NCBI GenBank assembly: GCA_965218435.1
Contig: CBDCKW010000005.1
Span: 32,001-96,000 of the forward strand
From: Truepera sp.
Lineage (GTDB): Bacteria; Deinococcota; Deinococci; Deinococcales; Trueperaceae
DNA: 64,000 nt
Direction of reading: 5' to 3'
Shown here: piece after piece, positions 10,907 through 21,922 of the stretch
How the letters are laid out: each line of letters starts with the position of its first letter
Position numbering within the stretch: position 1 is the first letter of the stretch
Notes under the pieces: generated by a model
The model's database searches: none
Seen by the model: only the letters and a program-made list of their open reading frames with translations
Told to the model about the DNA's origin: nothing
Program-made: the position numbers and the translations under genes

Positions 10907-11472
10907 GAGGAAACCTCCTGATATTTGCCGAGCAGCGCTCCTAGAACACGTTCAAACGGGTAGTCGGGCTCGAGCATCGCGTGCTGACAAATACCGTCGA
11001 TAGCGGCGAAAAGTAGGCGTGATTCCGTCTCGGGGTGAGCTACGTTTAAGTCTTGACATATCTGCTCTAACTGCTCGCGGATGCTCTTGATACCCGAATA
11101 GATAACAGAACCTAATGCTTGGACAGCTGACGGTTGAAAGCGCAAAGTATAAAAGAGCCGCCAGAAGTCACGATTCGCTTGCATGAGGTCGAACGTTTTA
11201 CGCAGTAGCAGTTCTAAACGCCCTACACCATCAACTGCTGCGTCAAGCTCGAGGGTAGAGCGCACGTCTTGCATACTTTTTTCAAATAGTGCCAACAAGA
11301 GGGCTTCTTTATTCTCGAAGTGAACATAGAGCAGCCCTTGAGAAACGCCTGCGCGTTGGGCAATCGCTTTAACACTGGTTCCAGCGTACCCGTACTCGGC
11401 AAAGAGTTCTAGAGCACTCTTCAAGAGCCGTTCTTGCCGAGTTAAATCTCCTTCTACATTTGCGATAGCCAT
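10903..11472 (-). CDS. TetR-family regulator (leaderless)
   Basis: ALELFAEYGY..TSVKAIA..AGVSQGLLYVHF; TATAAT 6 nt upstream of the ATG. Confidence 0.92.
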   Translation of the reverse strand: MAIANVEGDLTRQERLLKSALELFAEYGYAGTSVKAIAQRAGVSQGLLYVHFENKEALLLALFEKSMQDVRSTLELDAAVDGVGRLELLLRKTFDLMQANRDFWRLFYTLRFQPSAVQALGSVIYSGIKSIREQLEQICQDLNVAHPETESRLLFAAIDGICQHAMLEPDYPFERVLGALLGKYQEVSS

Positions 11473-11485
11473 ACTCTTATTATAG

Positions 11486-11503
11486 TGAATGTTCGTTCAT
11501 TCA
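11486..11503. promoter_or_regulatory. Putative TetR operator
   Basis: TGAATG-N6-CATTCA inverted repeat directly upstream of the TetR -10 box. Confidence 0.6.
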
Positions 11504-11716
11504 TAAAATGATAAATGTCCTGAAGGAGTTTTAGGCCGTTATGCTATGATTGAGCTCAAGGAACGCAGTGGTGGCGGGACGATGAGCAAATGATGTCCAT
11601 CAAACTTAGGTGACTCAAGTATGTTGTTACCAAACTAATGTACGTAGTGCTGTCACCTAATCGCGATGACGCATATTTCACGCCTGCGGGCTGCTTAGCG
11701 TTAATGGCTGCAAATA

Positions 11717-13287
11717 TTGTTTCGACGGCAGCCTCGAGCTGCTCCCGAGCAGGTAAAGATGTGGGTGCATTCGCCGCACGGTGACGGAGACGGGTACGCC
11801 CCACCGGTACGCGTCACCGGCGTGCCGGGAACGAGCTTACAGGTGGCATTACCCTCGGGCGTCGAGGCGGTTGTCGCGTTGCCCTTTCCCCATGAAGTAG
11901 CTCGCCTAACGCTCGGCGGCCAATTGCGGACGAGTCTGGCACTTACGCTCTATGAAGACGACAGCGACCTAGCTTATGCTGCTGAAACAGTTGAACGCGA
12001 AAAGGGGGCTGCTCCTGGTACGACCGGAGGCACAGCTGCCGACGACCGTGCGCTGCACCTCGCAGTCGTCGCGCTCGCTTGGAACCACTACCGCTACTTT
12101 TTTCCTTACTTTGATCAGATCGACACGGACTGGGACGCGTTACTTCCCGAGGCCATAACCCTTGCGGCACAAGACGATCCGGTCTCCTTTACGGCTACGT
12201 TCCGCTGGTTGAACGCCCAACTCCGTGACGCACACAGCTTTAGCTACCTCAAAGACGAACGGGCGCAACGCGACTTCCGTCCCCCATTCCGGTGGCGCAC
12301 GGTCGGGGCCAGTTGACGGTCGTTCATACCGACGAGGTGGGTTCCTTGACGGTCGGCGACGTCGTGACCAAAGTTGGCGGTCTGCCAAGCGGGGAGGTGC
12401 TCGAGCGTGAAATCGCGCTGCTCTCACAAACGGGCGACTTGGCTCAGCGCTACGCCGAAAACATCGTCCTCTCCGGCGCTGAGAACAGCCCCCTCGAGCT
12501 CGAAGTCGCGTCTGCTAACGGCGAAGTTCGGCCTATAGCCGTGCGGCGGAGCGTGGACCGGCGGGGGCGTAAGGGCGTGCCGACGGACAACCGCCCCGCC
12601 TCGCCCGTCGCGCGGCTTGGAGACGGCGTCGTCTACTTCGACTTCACCCGCTTGGACGACACCACCGATGTTTACACCGGGGAGGCGGCCATACACGATC
12701 TCGCGGCGCTCGTGACGCTGCTCGCGGGCGCGGAGGGCCTTGTCTTCGATATGCGGGGTTACCCCGGCTGGACCTTACCCATTGAACTGTTCGGTCATCT
12801 GACCGACAAACCGCTGCGGACCGCGCCCCTGTACATGCCCGTGGTAACCCGGCCAGATACCCCGGTGGCGCTTGTTGACGTGACCTATGAATGAGCGCAA
12901 CCCCAAGCACCCCGCTTTACCGATAAGGTAGTGTTCCTCATTGATAGTCTAGCTCTAAGCCGGGCCAAGCATATTCTTGCGATGGTCGAGGGCTACGGGC
13001 TCGGCGAACTGCTAGGTACGACGACAGCAGGTGCGAACGGCACTTACGCGGGCGTCACCTTTTACGGCCGTTACGCCTCGAGTTGGACGAGTCTTCAGGC
13101 GAACCGCTTTGGTGACAAGCAGCTTTTCGCTAAAGGCATTCCGCCGACGATCCCAGTCGAGCGTACCTTAGCAGGTGTCCGCGTAGGGCGTGACGAACAG
13201 CTCGAGCGGGCTTTTAATCACCTTTCGGGCAGGCCCGCCGCCGCTATGCGGGTTGAGGTTCTAGACTTGCCGGGGGCACCGGTTTGA
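11717..13287 (+). pseudogene. S41-family peptidase, fragmented
   Basis: WNHYRYFFPYFD..TDWD, LRDAH, LVFDMRGYPG, GTTTAGANG and GIPP motifs spread over three ORFs; N-terminus missing. Confidence 0.75.
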
Positions 13288-13739
13288 CTACAGCCGACCC
13301 CTCTGTCAAAAGACGGGTCGCTTTTCTGTCTTTCAAACGCGCAACCAAAGTGTGTCCCTTTTCGGTGCGCCTAGGGTATCAAGTAACGATTGCTCGCTAA
13401 CGACTTTACCTCTTTATAACTGGTGTTGTGTAAGGGTTTAGCAAATACCGAAAAGAACCAGACAGCCGAGCTCGTCTATCTCCACCTCAAGTTCTGTAGT
13501 GAAGCCCAAGTGTTGGTCAGGCAGCTCGAGGTACTCTTAGCATCCCGCACCGGAACGCTACCGAGGCGTTGCAAAGGCTTGTCGAGTTAGGCCTGCTCGA
13601 AGTGCTCAAGCCTGCGGCGAACCGGGCAGGACGGTATCGGGTCAAGCAAGCTTAATAGAGAAGCTAAAGAATTCTACTCTAAATACTTGACTTGTCCCCT
13701 TCAATTGACCGACCCCCCAGAAACGCCTATCCTTAAAGT

Positions 13740-13970
13740 ATGACGCTACGCGAAGAGATACAAGCGCGGATAGCCAAACTCGACGACGCTGTGCTGCCTA
13801 ATGTTCTGCTGGACTTAGAGGCTATCGAAGCGCGGCAAAACCGTAAGTTCTCGCAGGCGTTCAGCGACCTGATGAACCGCGAGCCGCAAGCCGATGACCT
13901 AAGCGGTGACGAAGCGATGGCGCTGGCAACCGAGGCGGTAAAGGCCCACAGGATAGAACACCGCCGTTAA
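13740..13970 (+). CDS. Putative antitoxin of a PIN TA pair (leaderless)
   Basis: 76 aa; LSGDEAMALATEAVKAHR tail; TAATG coupling to the PIN gene; TATCCT 6 nt before the ATG. Confidence 0.65.
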   Translation: MTLREEIQARIAKLDDAVLPNVLLDLEAIEARQNRKFSQAFSDLMNREPQADDLSGDEAMALATEAVKAHRIEHRR

Positions 13971-14380
13971 TGCGGATTGTCCTTGACACCAACGTTCTCA
14001 TCTCAGCGCTGCTTACCCCGCAAGGTCTGGCTTTTCAAGCTGTCAAACTCTGGCAGCAAAACCGTGATGACCCGGTAACCTCGATCTAGCAGATCAACGA
14101 ACTTCGGGGTGTAACTAGGCGCGAGCATGTAAAAAAGCACCTCCGCTCCGGCGCTGCTGGAACGCTCGTCGAAGCGTTACGGAGTAAGGCGTTCGTGATC
14201 GAATGTTTGCCGCGGGTAGACGATTCACCCGACCCCGACGACAACAACGTCCTAGCAACAGCGATTGCCGGGGGCGCGCATTATCTGGTGACAGGCGATA
14301 AGACCGACCTACAAACCTTGGAGAAGGTGCAAAGCGTCCGCATCCTCACCGTGCGTGAATTTATGGAGATCATGGGCTAG
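13970..14380 (+). pseudogene. PIN-domain (VapC-like) toxin with in-frame TAG at 14087-14089
   Basis: MRIVLDTNVLISAL ... DPDDNNVLATA...LVTGD in one frame. Confidence 0.85.
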
Positions 14381-14484
14381 CTGATAACTTAGACGAGCTG
14401 CTGCCCAGATTCCTTGAGAAATAATCGTTTTTCCGTCCTGCTGCTGATATGTAATGCTAGAGCGATAATGACACAGGGAGAGAC

Positions 14485-15050
14485 GTGGCCGCACCCGACA
14501 AGGTTTTAGAGCTGATCGAACGCTTTGACTACAACCTCAGCTCGTACCGCTCCGGCAAATACAACGAAACGCAGGTCAGACGCGAGTTTATCGATCCGTT
14601 TTTTGAAGCAATGGGCTGGGATGTCGGCAACCGTCAGGGCTACGCCGAAGCCTACAAAGACGTGATTCACGAAGATGCGATCAAAATCTGCGGGCAGACC
14701 AAAGCGCCGGACTACTCGTTTCGTATCGGCGGCACCCGTAAGTTTTTCCTCGAGGCCAAAAAGCCGTCGGTAAACATTAAAGACGACCTGCCGCTGGCCT
14801 TCCAAATATGCCGCTACGCTTGGAGCGCCAAGCTACCCCTTTAGATCCTCACCGATTTTGAAGAGCTGGCCGTCTACGACTGCCGTATCCAGCCGAACCA
14901 GACGGACAAGGCAGCGACGGCGCGGGTGCAGTACATGACCTTTCGCGATTACGCCGAGCGCTGGGACGAGCTGGCCGGGGTGTTTTCCCGTGAAGTCATC
15001 CTTAAAGGCTCATTCGACAAATACGCTGCTGATACGAAAAAAAGGCACCG
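14485..15050 (+). pseudogene. N-terminal nuclease region of a type IIG (Eco57I-like) restriction-modification enzyme
   Basis: NETQVRREFIDPFF, PDYSFR..FFLEAKKP; TAG at 14842, then ILTDFEELAVYDCR; truncated. Confidence 0.8.
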
Positions 15051-15275
15051 CCAAAAGCGCTAGCTACGAAGCGACAACTTACTTACTTAGACAGGGACAC
15101 AGCCGCGTCGGTTTTATAGGTCATACCCTTGAGCCTACTAACTACCCTAGGTACCGCGGGTTCTTAAGCGCATACGATGGATACGGCCTTGAGCCTGATG
15201 TAGCACTGCTTTCTGCCGGGGCGACAGACTACGAAAGCGGATTTCAAGCAACTGCGCAGCTGCTTGTGGACTCGG
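15051..15275 (+). pseudogene. LacI-family sugar-binding domain fragment
   Basis: ATTYLLRQGHSRVGFIG...RYRGF...ESGFQATAQLL. Confidence 0.6.
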
Positions 15276-15582
15276 CACTGCCGCTGCAGAAAGGCAAAAG
15301 ACCTGTTTTCTTAAGGCAACGGGCTCGAGCTGGCTTACCGTCTCGAAGGTGCAAAAACCGTTTAGCAAGAGGTGTGCCAACCCCCGCTTGACCCGATAAT
15401 CGGTATTGGTGCCTTCAAAAACTGAAAGCTCCTCGTCTAACTCGAAACGTTTTTCGCCTAGGTAGAGACCGAAAATACTGATAATCTCAGTTGCCAGCGT
15501 CAAGGTCTTTTTATCCAGCCAACCGTAGGGGCGTCAGCTCTTCGCCGGTATAGCGGTGCACGAGTAGTTCGGAGGTCAGCAC
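15270..15582 (-). pseudogene. DUF790-family N-terminal fragment
   Basis: GTG-LTSELLVHRY.GEE start, frameshift, then DYRVKRGLAHLL. Confidence 0.6.
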
Positions 15583-15684
15583 GCGGCTTAACGATAATAA
15601 GCCTCGCCATAGTCTCTACAGTTCAACCCTTGGCAAGAAGCCTGTGTGGGGAGGTATGCCGAGCATAGTAGCAACCGGTGGTCT

Positions 15685-16581
15685 TCACGACTCTACTCTT
15701 GCTAAAAAGTCAGCCAGCACCGCCATGTACCTTTCGGGCTCCTCAGCGTGCGCCATATGAGCACTGTTTTCAAAAACGACCCAGGTCGAGTCTTTAATGC
15801 CTTGATGAACCGTTTCACCGATTAAAGGCGTGGCCTCATCGTAACGACCCGTGGTGATCAGGGAAGGCGTACTGATTTCACTCAAACGCGCTGTGACGTC
15901 CCAATTTTTGATTACACCTACTACATGAAACTCGCTGGGGCCGTTCATCGTGTGGTACACCTGGGGCCACTCGGCTAGTTTGGCAAAGCTGCGCTGCACG
16001 TAACCTGGGTTTGGCACCACGCGGCAGACGTAGCGGTCGTAAAAGACTTGCATCGCCTGCTGATACGCTTCGCTTTCGGTCGTGCCTGCTTCTTCGTGTT
16101 GGGTAAGCGATTCCTGTACCTCTTCTGGTAACTCAGCGCGTAACCGGTTGGCCTCTGCTAGCCACATAGGGATACTCGAGGGCGAGCTGGCAACCGTGAT
16201 ACTGGCAACGCCCTTGGGCTGCGTCAGCATGTACTGCATCGTCAGCATCCCACCCCACGATTGGCCTAGCAGATGAATCTTCTCTAAACCTAGAGCTTTA
16301 CGGACTACGTCAACTTCTTCGACAAACAGATCAACAGTCCATAGCGATGGTTCGTCAACGTGGGTCGAATTGCCGCAGCCAAGCTGATCGTAAAAAATTA
16401 CCTGGCGTCCGGTCGCGGCTAAGGCCTCTAACGACTCGAGATAGTCGTGCGGGACGCCGGGGCCGCCGTGTAAGCAGAGGAGCGGCAATTTCTTCTCGTC
16501 TGTTCTCTCACCGACGATTTTGTACCAGGTCTTAAAACCGCGAAACTCGACGGTGCCTTCTTTTTCCGTATAGGTGCTCAT
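15685..16581 (-). CDS. Proline iminopeptidase / tricorn F1-like amidase
   Basis: LHGGPG, YDQLGCGNS, GQSWGGML, MNGPSEF, SAHMAH. Confidence 0.9.
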   Translation of the reverse strand: MSTYTEKEGTVEFRGFKTWYKIVGERTDEKKLPLLCLHGGPGVPHDYLESLEALAATGRQVIFYDQLGCGNSTHVDEPSLWTVDLFVEEVDVVRKALGLEKIHLLGQSWGGMLTMQYMLTQPKGVASITVASSPSSIPMWLAEANRLRAELPEEVQESLTQHEEAGTTESEAYQQAMQVFYDRYVCRVVPNPGYVQRSFAKLAEWPQVYHTMNGPSEFHVVGVIKNWDVTARLSEISTPSLITTGRYDEATPLIGETVHQGIKDSTWVVFENSAHMAHAEEPERYMAVLADFLARVES

Positions 16582-16590
16582 GACGTCTCC

Positions 16591-17035
16591 TTATTTTTGT
16601 TTGGGATCGAACTGGGCGCGTAGCCCGTCACTAAACCAGTTGACGGCGATCACAGTAATCATAATCGCGAGTCCGGCGAACACGGCTACGTAGGGCGTCA
16701 GGAGTAGGTAAGCCCGGCCGTCAGCGAGCATCGAACCCCAGTCGGGATCGGGCGGTTGAATACCAAGCCCTAAAAAAGACAAGGCGGCGATATCTAAAAT
16801 GGCAAACGCAATATCGTTACTACCCTGCACCAAGATAGGCGACGCGATATTGGGCAGCAGGTGGCGGTACAAGATACGCCCGTCGCCCATGCCGCTACTC
16901 CTCGCTGCTTCGACGTAGTTCAGGTTGCTCTGCACCAGCGTTGCGCCGCGAACAACCCGTACAATCGCAGGAATGTAAACAATGCCTAAGGCGAGCACTG
17001 TGTTGCTCAGCCCACGGCTCGGCTCAGCGACAAGG
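16591..17035 (-). pseudogene. Dipeptide/oligopeptide ABC permease (DppC-like), 5' truncated
   Basis: YVEAARSSG EAA loop, LSFLGLGIQPP.PDWG; N-terminal half lost. Confidence 0.8.
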
Positions 17036-17052
17036 TAATCCCTGAAAGCGCA

Positions 17053-17577
17053 TTGCGTCACGAAACGGGCCGCCGCTGGAAGCCCTGGCTACACCTCAAC
17101 TGTAATGGGTATCCCGCTTATGAGTGGGTCCGTGCCAACAGCGGCTATATCCCCAGAGGATTCGAGGCGTGGAGTTTGCCTTTTAGGTACTTCACCATCT
17201 TTAGCAGCACGTCGCCAGATGCGGCACTCCTCGAGCACCTTAAAGGGGCCGTCAGCACTGCACTTGGGCAACGCGCTCACCTCCAACAAACAACGCAAGT
17301 TCAGATCCAAAGAGCACTGCAGCACATGGAGAGCAGTACCTTCCCGCTCGCGCTCGCGCAAGGGTTTCCCTTTTTGCTAAGCCACGAGCAACCTCCTGAT
17401 CAAGCTGCCGAACAAAATTTTGCTCTTAGGCTCACGGTGATTACCGAAGTGCCCGACGAAACCGTGGCTGGTCCGTTGTGGCGTGATTGTGTCGAAGCGC
17501 AGCAGATCATCGTCGAAGCGGCTCTACAAACGTGTTTGAAGGTGGAGGCCGCAGCTTTACATCGCCACAAAACGTAA
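17053..17577 (+). CDS. Hypothetical protein or fragment
   Basis: 174-aa ORF, TTG start, no recognisable motif. Confidence 0.35.
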   Translation: MRHETGRRWKPWLHLNCNGYPAYEWVRANSGYIPRGFEAWSLPFRYFTIFSSTSPDAALLEHLKGAVSTALGQRAHLQQTTQVQIQRALQHMESSTFPLALAQGFPFLLSHEQPPDQAAEQNFALRLTVITEVPDETVAGPLWRDCVEAQQIIVEAALQTCLKVEAAALHRHKT

Positions 17578-17766
17578 GAGCACAGGGTTATACGGCTGGT
17601 CGTCAATCAGGTAGAGAAGCTATCACGTTTCTATGCTCGAGCTTAAGAGAACGCTTGGGCTTTCATTATGATCAGTCCAGGACCAACGCATGTAGATTTC
17701 TTTCAAGAGCTACCCGTGCTTTCAACATAACTTTTGAAGGTAGCCTTTCTTGAATCTCTTGGGGTC

Positions 17767-17975
17767 TGAGTCTACGCCGCAAGCGGCGTAGACTCACAAG
17801 GTGAGCAAGTATATCCACAAGAGCCACAACGTAGATATTCTGATGTACCACATAGTTTTTCCGGCGAAGTACCGTCGCGCGGTGATAGACGATGAAGTTG
17901 ACAACGTGCTCAAAGAAGTCTGCATGGAGATTGAGAAGCGTTACGAGATCATATTTTTAGAGATAGGCACAGACA
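17767..17975 (+). mobile_element. tnpA: IS200/IS605 left end with truncated tnpA
   Basis: Perfect 14-bp hairpin TGAGTCTACGCCGC-AA-GCGGCGTAGACTCA; MYHIVFPAKYRR motif; cut by the IS982 before the HUH motif. Confidence 0.85.
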
Positions 17976-18879
17976 ACCTCGACTGCTAGGGGGTAGCTCT
18001 ATAGGGAGAAAAAAGCGAAGATAGCGCGATTTGGACATCGCGCTATCTTCTAGAGCAGCATACCGTCAGCGAGTTGTTCACGGTCGTATACGTGCTGGTC
18101 GATGATTACCTCAGAGCCGGGGTGCAGCAAGGCAGATTTGTGCTGCCCGAGTCCAAGCAGCAAAAGGGTAGCTACGCAGAACTGATGAGCATTGCCTTGG
18201 TGGGCGATCTGCTTAACCAGGCCGATGTGGGGCTGTGGTTCAACCTAGTCAAGAGCGAGTACAAGGGCTTGTTCCCGGTGTTGCCCGACGATACGCGCTA
18301 CTACCGGGTACTCAAGAAGCTAGAACGCCTCTGGGCCGAGCTAGCCCTGGTGCTCACCGCGCAGCACGCTACATGGGCTTACAGTATCGACTCCAAACCG
18401 CTGCCGGTGTGTAAGTTCAAGCGTCACCGACGGCCTCGGGCCATGACCGAAGCGACCGTAGGCTTCTCGACCCAAGGTGCCGTATACGGCTTCAAACTTC
18501 ACGCCCTCACGACCTCGCAAGGGCTCATTGTCAAGTTCGCCAGCGCCCCGGCACACGAAGCCGCTGTCACCGTTGCTAGAGCCTTGCTCGGTGAAGCCGA
18601 ACGGGGTGCAAGCTTAAGCGACAAAGCCTATCTCGGTTGTGGCGTCTACACCCCTCCCAAGGCCAACGCGCTCACGCCCGGCGTCTGGACCCAGCTCATG
18701 GATGCGTCTCGAAAAACCATCGAAAGCGTCTTTTCCTCGCTCTCCCGCACCAAACATCTTGTCCTTGGTCAGCGCAACTCGTTTCATTCGCTCCGGGCAC
18801 ACGTCTGTCGCAAGATAGCAGCGCATAACTTCGCCCTTATCTTCGCTTCCTAGACCCCTTATCCCCTAGCAGTCGAGGT
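17976..18879 (+). mobile_element. IS982-family element (transposase ~18074-18853)
   Basis: 17-bp TIRs ACCTCGACTGCTAGGGG / CCCCTAGCAGTCGAGGT; IDSKPLPVC, YGFKLH, DKAY, IESVFS; no TSD. Confidence 0.85.
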
Positions 18880-19033
18880 AGGTTATGAATTGTGCGTTGC
18901 CGCCCCCCAATTCGTAGTTGGTAAAGCCTAAGTAGATACCTTGTACCAAAGGAAGTACCGAAAAAGCGACAATAGGAATAAACGCTGGTAAAAGCAACCA
19001 GAGCGGAATGCCCAACCCTTTAGACCGAAACAT
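18880..19033 (-). pseudogene. Sugar ABC permease N-terminus truncated by IS982
   Basis: LLLPAFIPIVAFSVLPLVQGIYLGFTNY ends at the IS right TIR. Confidence 0.75.
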
Positions 19034-20075
19034 AGCCCGTCTCTTGTGTTGCACCAGCGATATATCCTGTAGACGACTCGCGGATAACTAAGCGGGGCGT
19101 GATCACAATTTTCCGAGGCTCGAGGTCGGGTTCACCGAGCCGTTCTAAAAGCAGTTCGGCTGCGAGTCTGCCGCGCTCTCCGGCGAGCAGCGATACAGAA
19201 CTCAACGTGGGATTGCTGACCCTAGTCAGATCGATATTATCCATACCTACGACTGCGATTTCTTGCGGTATCGTCTTGCCCAATTCTTGGAGTTTCCGAA
19301 GCGCACCAAGCGCGATAAGGTCGTTTGCACAGAAGAAAGCGTCGATGCTGGGTGCCCGGTCAAGTAACGTAGCCGCGGCGTCGTAACCACCTTGCACCGT
19401 AAACGCTGTGTCCATCACCAGGGTACTGTCGAAATTTAGGTGCTGCCTCTCGAATTCGGCTTGATAGCCGCGAAGCCGAGCTTCCGCAGGAACGGTATGG
19501 GCGTCGCCGTTAATAAACGCGATTTGTCGCCGCCCCGTTTCAACGAGGTGAGCGAGGGCTAGGGCTGCCCCAGCAGCTGAATCTACGCGAACGCTGTCGA
19601 CGGGTACGGCCTCCGGGATGCTGCCAATCACACATACCCGCTGCCGCGCGGCTTCGACCTGTTTGAGAAACGTACTCGTTACTTTGAGCGAGCAGATAAT
19701 CAGTCCGTCAACGTAGCGGCGCTCGAGATTTTTGACGGCGAGCTGCTCCTCAAGCGAACTGCTTTCGGTGCTTACGACGCTCATGCGGTAGCTGCGTCCC
19801 CGGGCAACTTGTTGCACGGTCTTTGCCATTGCTACATAGACCGGGTTGGCAATATCGGGAATGACAAGCTCGATCTGGTCGGTCTTATTGCGTTTCAAGC
19901 TTTGCGCCGCATGGTTGGGTACATAACCCAACGCCTTGACAGCGTCTTGAACCCGCTTGCGCAACTCAGGAGCGCAGTTGGGTGCGCCATTAAGCACTCT
20001 GGAAACAGACCCGACGGAGACGTCTGCTCGTTTGGCAACATCTGCGATCGTGACCCTCACCTGTCTTCGGTTCAC
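19020..20075 (-). CDS. LacI-family transcriptional regulator
   Basis: VTIADVAKRADVSVGSVSRVLN HTH; LGYVPNHAAQSL; GTG start after SD GGAGAGGAG. Confidence 0.93.
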   Translation of the reverse strand: MNRRQVRVTIADVAKRADVSVGSVSRVLNGAPNCAPELRKRVQDAVKALGYVPNHAAQSLKRNKTDQIELVIPDIANPVYVAMAKTVQQVARGRSYRMSVVSTESSSLEEQLAVKNLERRYVDGLIICSLKVTSTFLKQVEAARQRVCVIGSIPEAVPVDSVRVDSAAGAALALAHLVETGRRQIAFINGDAHTVPAEARLRGYQAEFERQHLNFDSTLVMDTAFTVQGGYDAAATLLDRAPSIDAFFCANDLIALGALRKLQELGKTIPQEIAVVGMDNIDLTRVSNPTLSSVSLLAGERGRLAAELLLERLGEPDLEPRKIVITPRLVIRESSTGYIAGATQETGYVSV

Positions 20076-20137
20076 TTGACGCTCCTCTCCGTGACACCAG
20101 CTCATGAAGCCTATAACTTATTTTTGATTCATCAATC

Positions 20138-20261
20138 ATAAAACGTTTCATCAAACAATGTTAATCTATTTTACAGTTATATATCGACAAGGAAAGCAAG
20201 TGACGCTGTTCTCAGCAGTCAGACGGAACAGCGGCATAGGTTTATTAATGAAACGATTCAC
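20138..20261. promoter_or_regulatory. Two LacI-type operator-like sites
   Basis: ATAAAACGTTTCAT (20138-20151) and ATGAAACGATTCAC (20248-20261), both CG-centred palindromes. Confidence 0.6.
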
Positions 20262-20460
20262 CTCAAAAAGATTGTTTATAGACGCTACTCATCGGGCCCC
20301 TCTACCACAGCCTGAACCCTTGCGGTTGCGGCGGCACCTTTTAGTAAAGGTGCCTGTTTGAAGCGCAATGTGCGGAAAAAGTAGGGTGTAGCCCGGTTGG
20401 TCACCGATACCAGTGAGCCGAATAAGTCCTTAATCTTGGCGAGAACGAAAAGAATACACC

Positions 20461-20676
20461 TTGGTTCACCTCGAGACTGCACCACTAAACGTCAAATTCA
20501 TTGCCGCTGCCGACAAATTGCACAAGGTCCAGAATATTGCACTCGATCTCGATACGTTAGGTGACGCGGTATGCAGGCGCTTTAACGCTACGAAAGAAGA
20601 TCAAGCTTGGTACTACCGTGGCGTCTTGAACGTACTCACCACACGTGGCGAGACGCATCCTTGTCCGACCTTTTGA
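20461..20676 (+). pseudogene. HD-domain hydrolase C-terminal remnant
   Basis: AADKLH...GDAV.RRF...QAWYY. Confidence 0.55.
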
Positions 20677-21106
20677 GCAATACGGTAGAGCAAGTCTTCC
20701 GCTAAAATATATCACCGGTTCCATTTTGCATTTCTCAACTTCGTGTCTACGTACGGGAGGTTGCAAGCTGTAAAGGGTAGTGGATTCAAGCTCCGATATT
20801 CAATCGCTCTCTCGCCTGCTCCAACATGTCACGCGCGATACGGTTGGGGCTGTAGCCCCCAGTCATATGGACAAAGGGTATTTCCCCGCGCTTTACACGT
20901 CTGCGCCAACTCTTGGTGAGTATGGTTCGACCAGCGAACGAGCAGTAAAACGACGGCCACCTCGTCGGTAACTTCTAGTTCAAGTAAGCTCAAATTGGTA
21001 TGCGGCGCAGTTTCTAGCTACCTAATCTGGCAGGCAAAAGCCGTCCCGAGCCGTCGTTTAAGCCAGCTCAACAGCTGCGCTGGTGGTCTCGAGCCTGGCG
21101 GTAGGC

Positions 21107-21922
21107 TCAAAGCTCAGACCCTCCTCCGCGAGAATGCACGCGCGTATAGTGCGCCTTAGCTTTGCCGAGGCGTCGCCAGAGGTCGGGGTCAATAGGGATA
21201 GGCCGGACACTCCCGCTAGCGAGCGAGTAGAACGCCCCGTGATAGGTCAGCGTCCCGTGCCGCAACAGCTGCCAGAGCAGATTTAGAATAGTTGTTGCAG
21301 CGAAGTCGTTGACCAGTAGGTCTTGCTTTGTAAGCGCCTCGAGCGTGCTACAGCTGGGCAGGTCGTCTTCGGGAATACGCGTGTCGCAGAGTTCGGGAAA
21401 GAGTTCGTACGCGATGCGTAGGCGCTCTTGCTTCCGGCGATTGTAGTAGCCCAGGGGTTGTCCCAGCACGACCTGACCGGTGCTGGCAAGATTCCCGGCA
21501 GAGACGTGGTAGACGACCCGGTGGAGCCCCCCTGCAATCGTTGCCCTGGCTGCGCGTGTATCTACGCAGTCAATCACTAGCTTGGGGGCGTCGTAGGCGT
21601 CGGCGCAGCCTCTATCGAGGTTCTGCGGCTGCGCCCGCCAGTCGAGGCCACACGAAAGGTTGAGGCGGTTGATCAAGACCTCGGCTTTATTGAGACCCAC
21701 ATCTGATGGGTAGAAGCTCTGCCGGACGAGGTTACTTTCGCTTACGGTGTCGCCGTCGGCGAGGACGACCTCGAGGCCGGGATAGCCGAGCGCCCGGAGA
21801 CCCTGGTGGATGTTCTTGAGGCCGACGACGACCTTCGAGCCTGTCCCGCCAGCACCCACAACGAGCGTTCGGATGGGCATTCTGGAGTCTTGAAAGTACG
21901 GGTGCAAGGTGTGGCTAAGCAT
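21107..21922 (-). CDS. PRTRC-type ThiF/E1-like protein
   Basis: VVGAGGTGS, DGDTVSESNLVRQ.F, KAEVL, DCVD, PSCS.LEAL.KQDL.VN. Confidence 0.88.
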   Translation of the reverse strand: MLSHTLHPYFQDSRMPIRTLVVGAGGTGSKVVVGLKNIHQGLRALGYPGLEVVLADGDTVSESNLVRQSFYPSDVGLNKAEVLINRLNLSCGLDWRAQPQNLDRGCADAYDAPKLVIDCVDTRAARATIAGGLHRVVYHVSAGNLASTGQVVLGQPLGYYNRRKQERLRIAYELFPELCDTRIPEDDLPSCSTLEALTKQDLLVNDFAATTILNLLWQLLRHGTLTYHGAFYSLASGSVRPIPIDPDLWRRLGKAKAHYTRVHSRGGGSEL

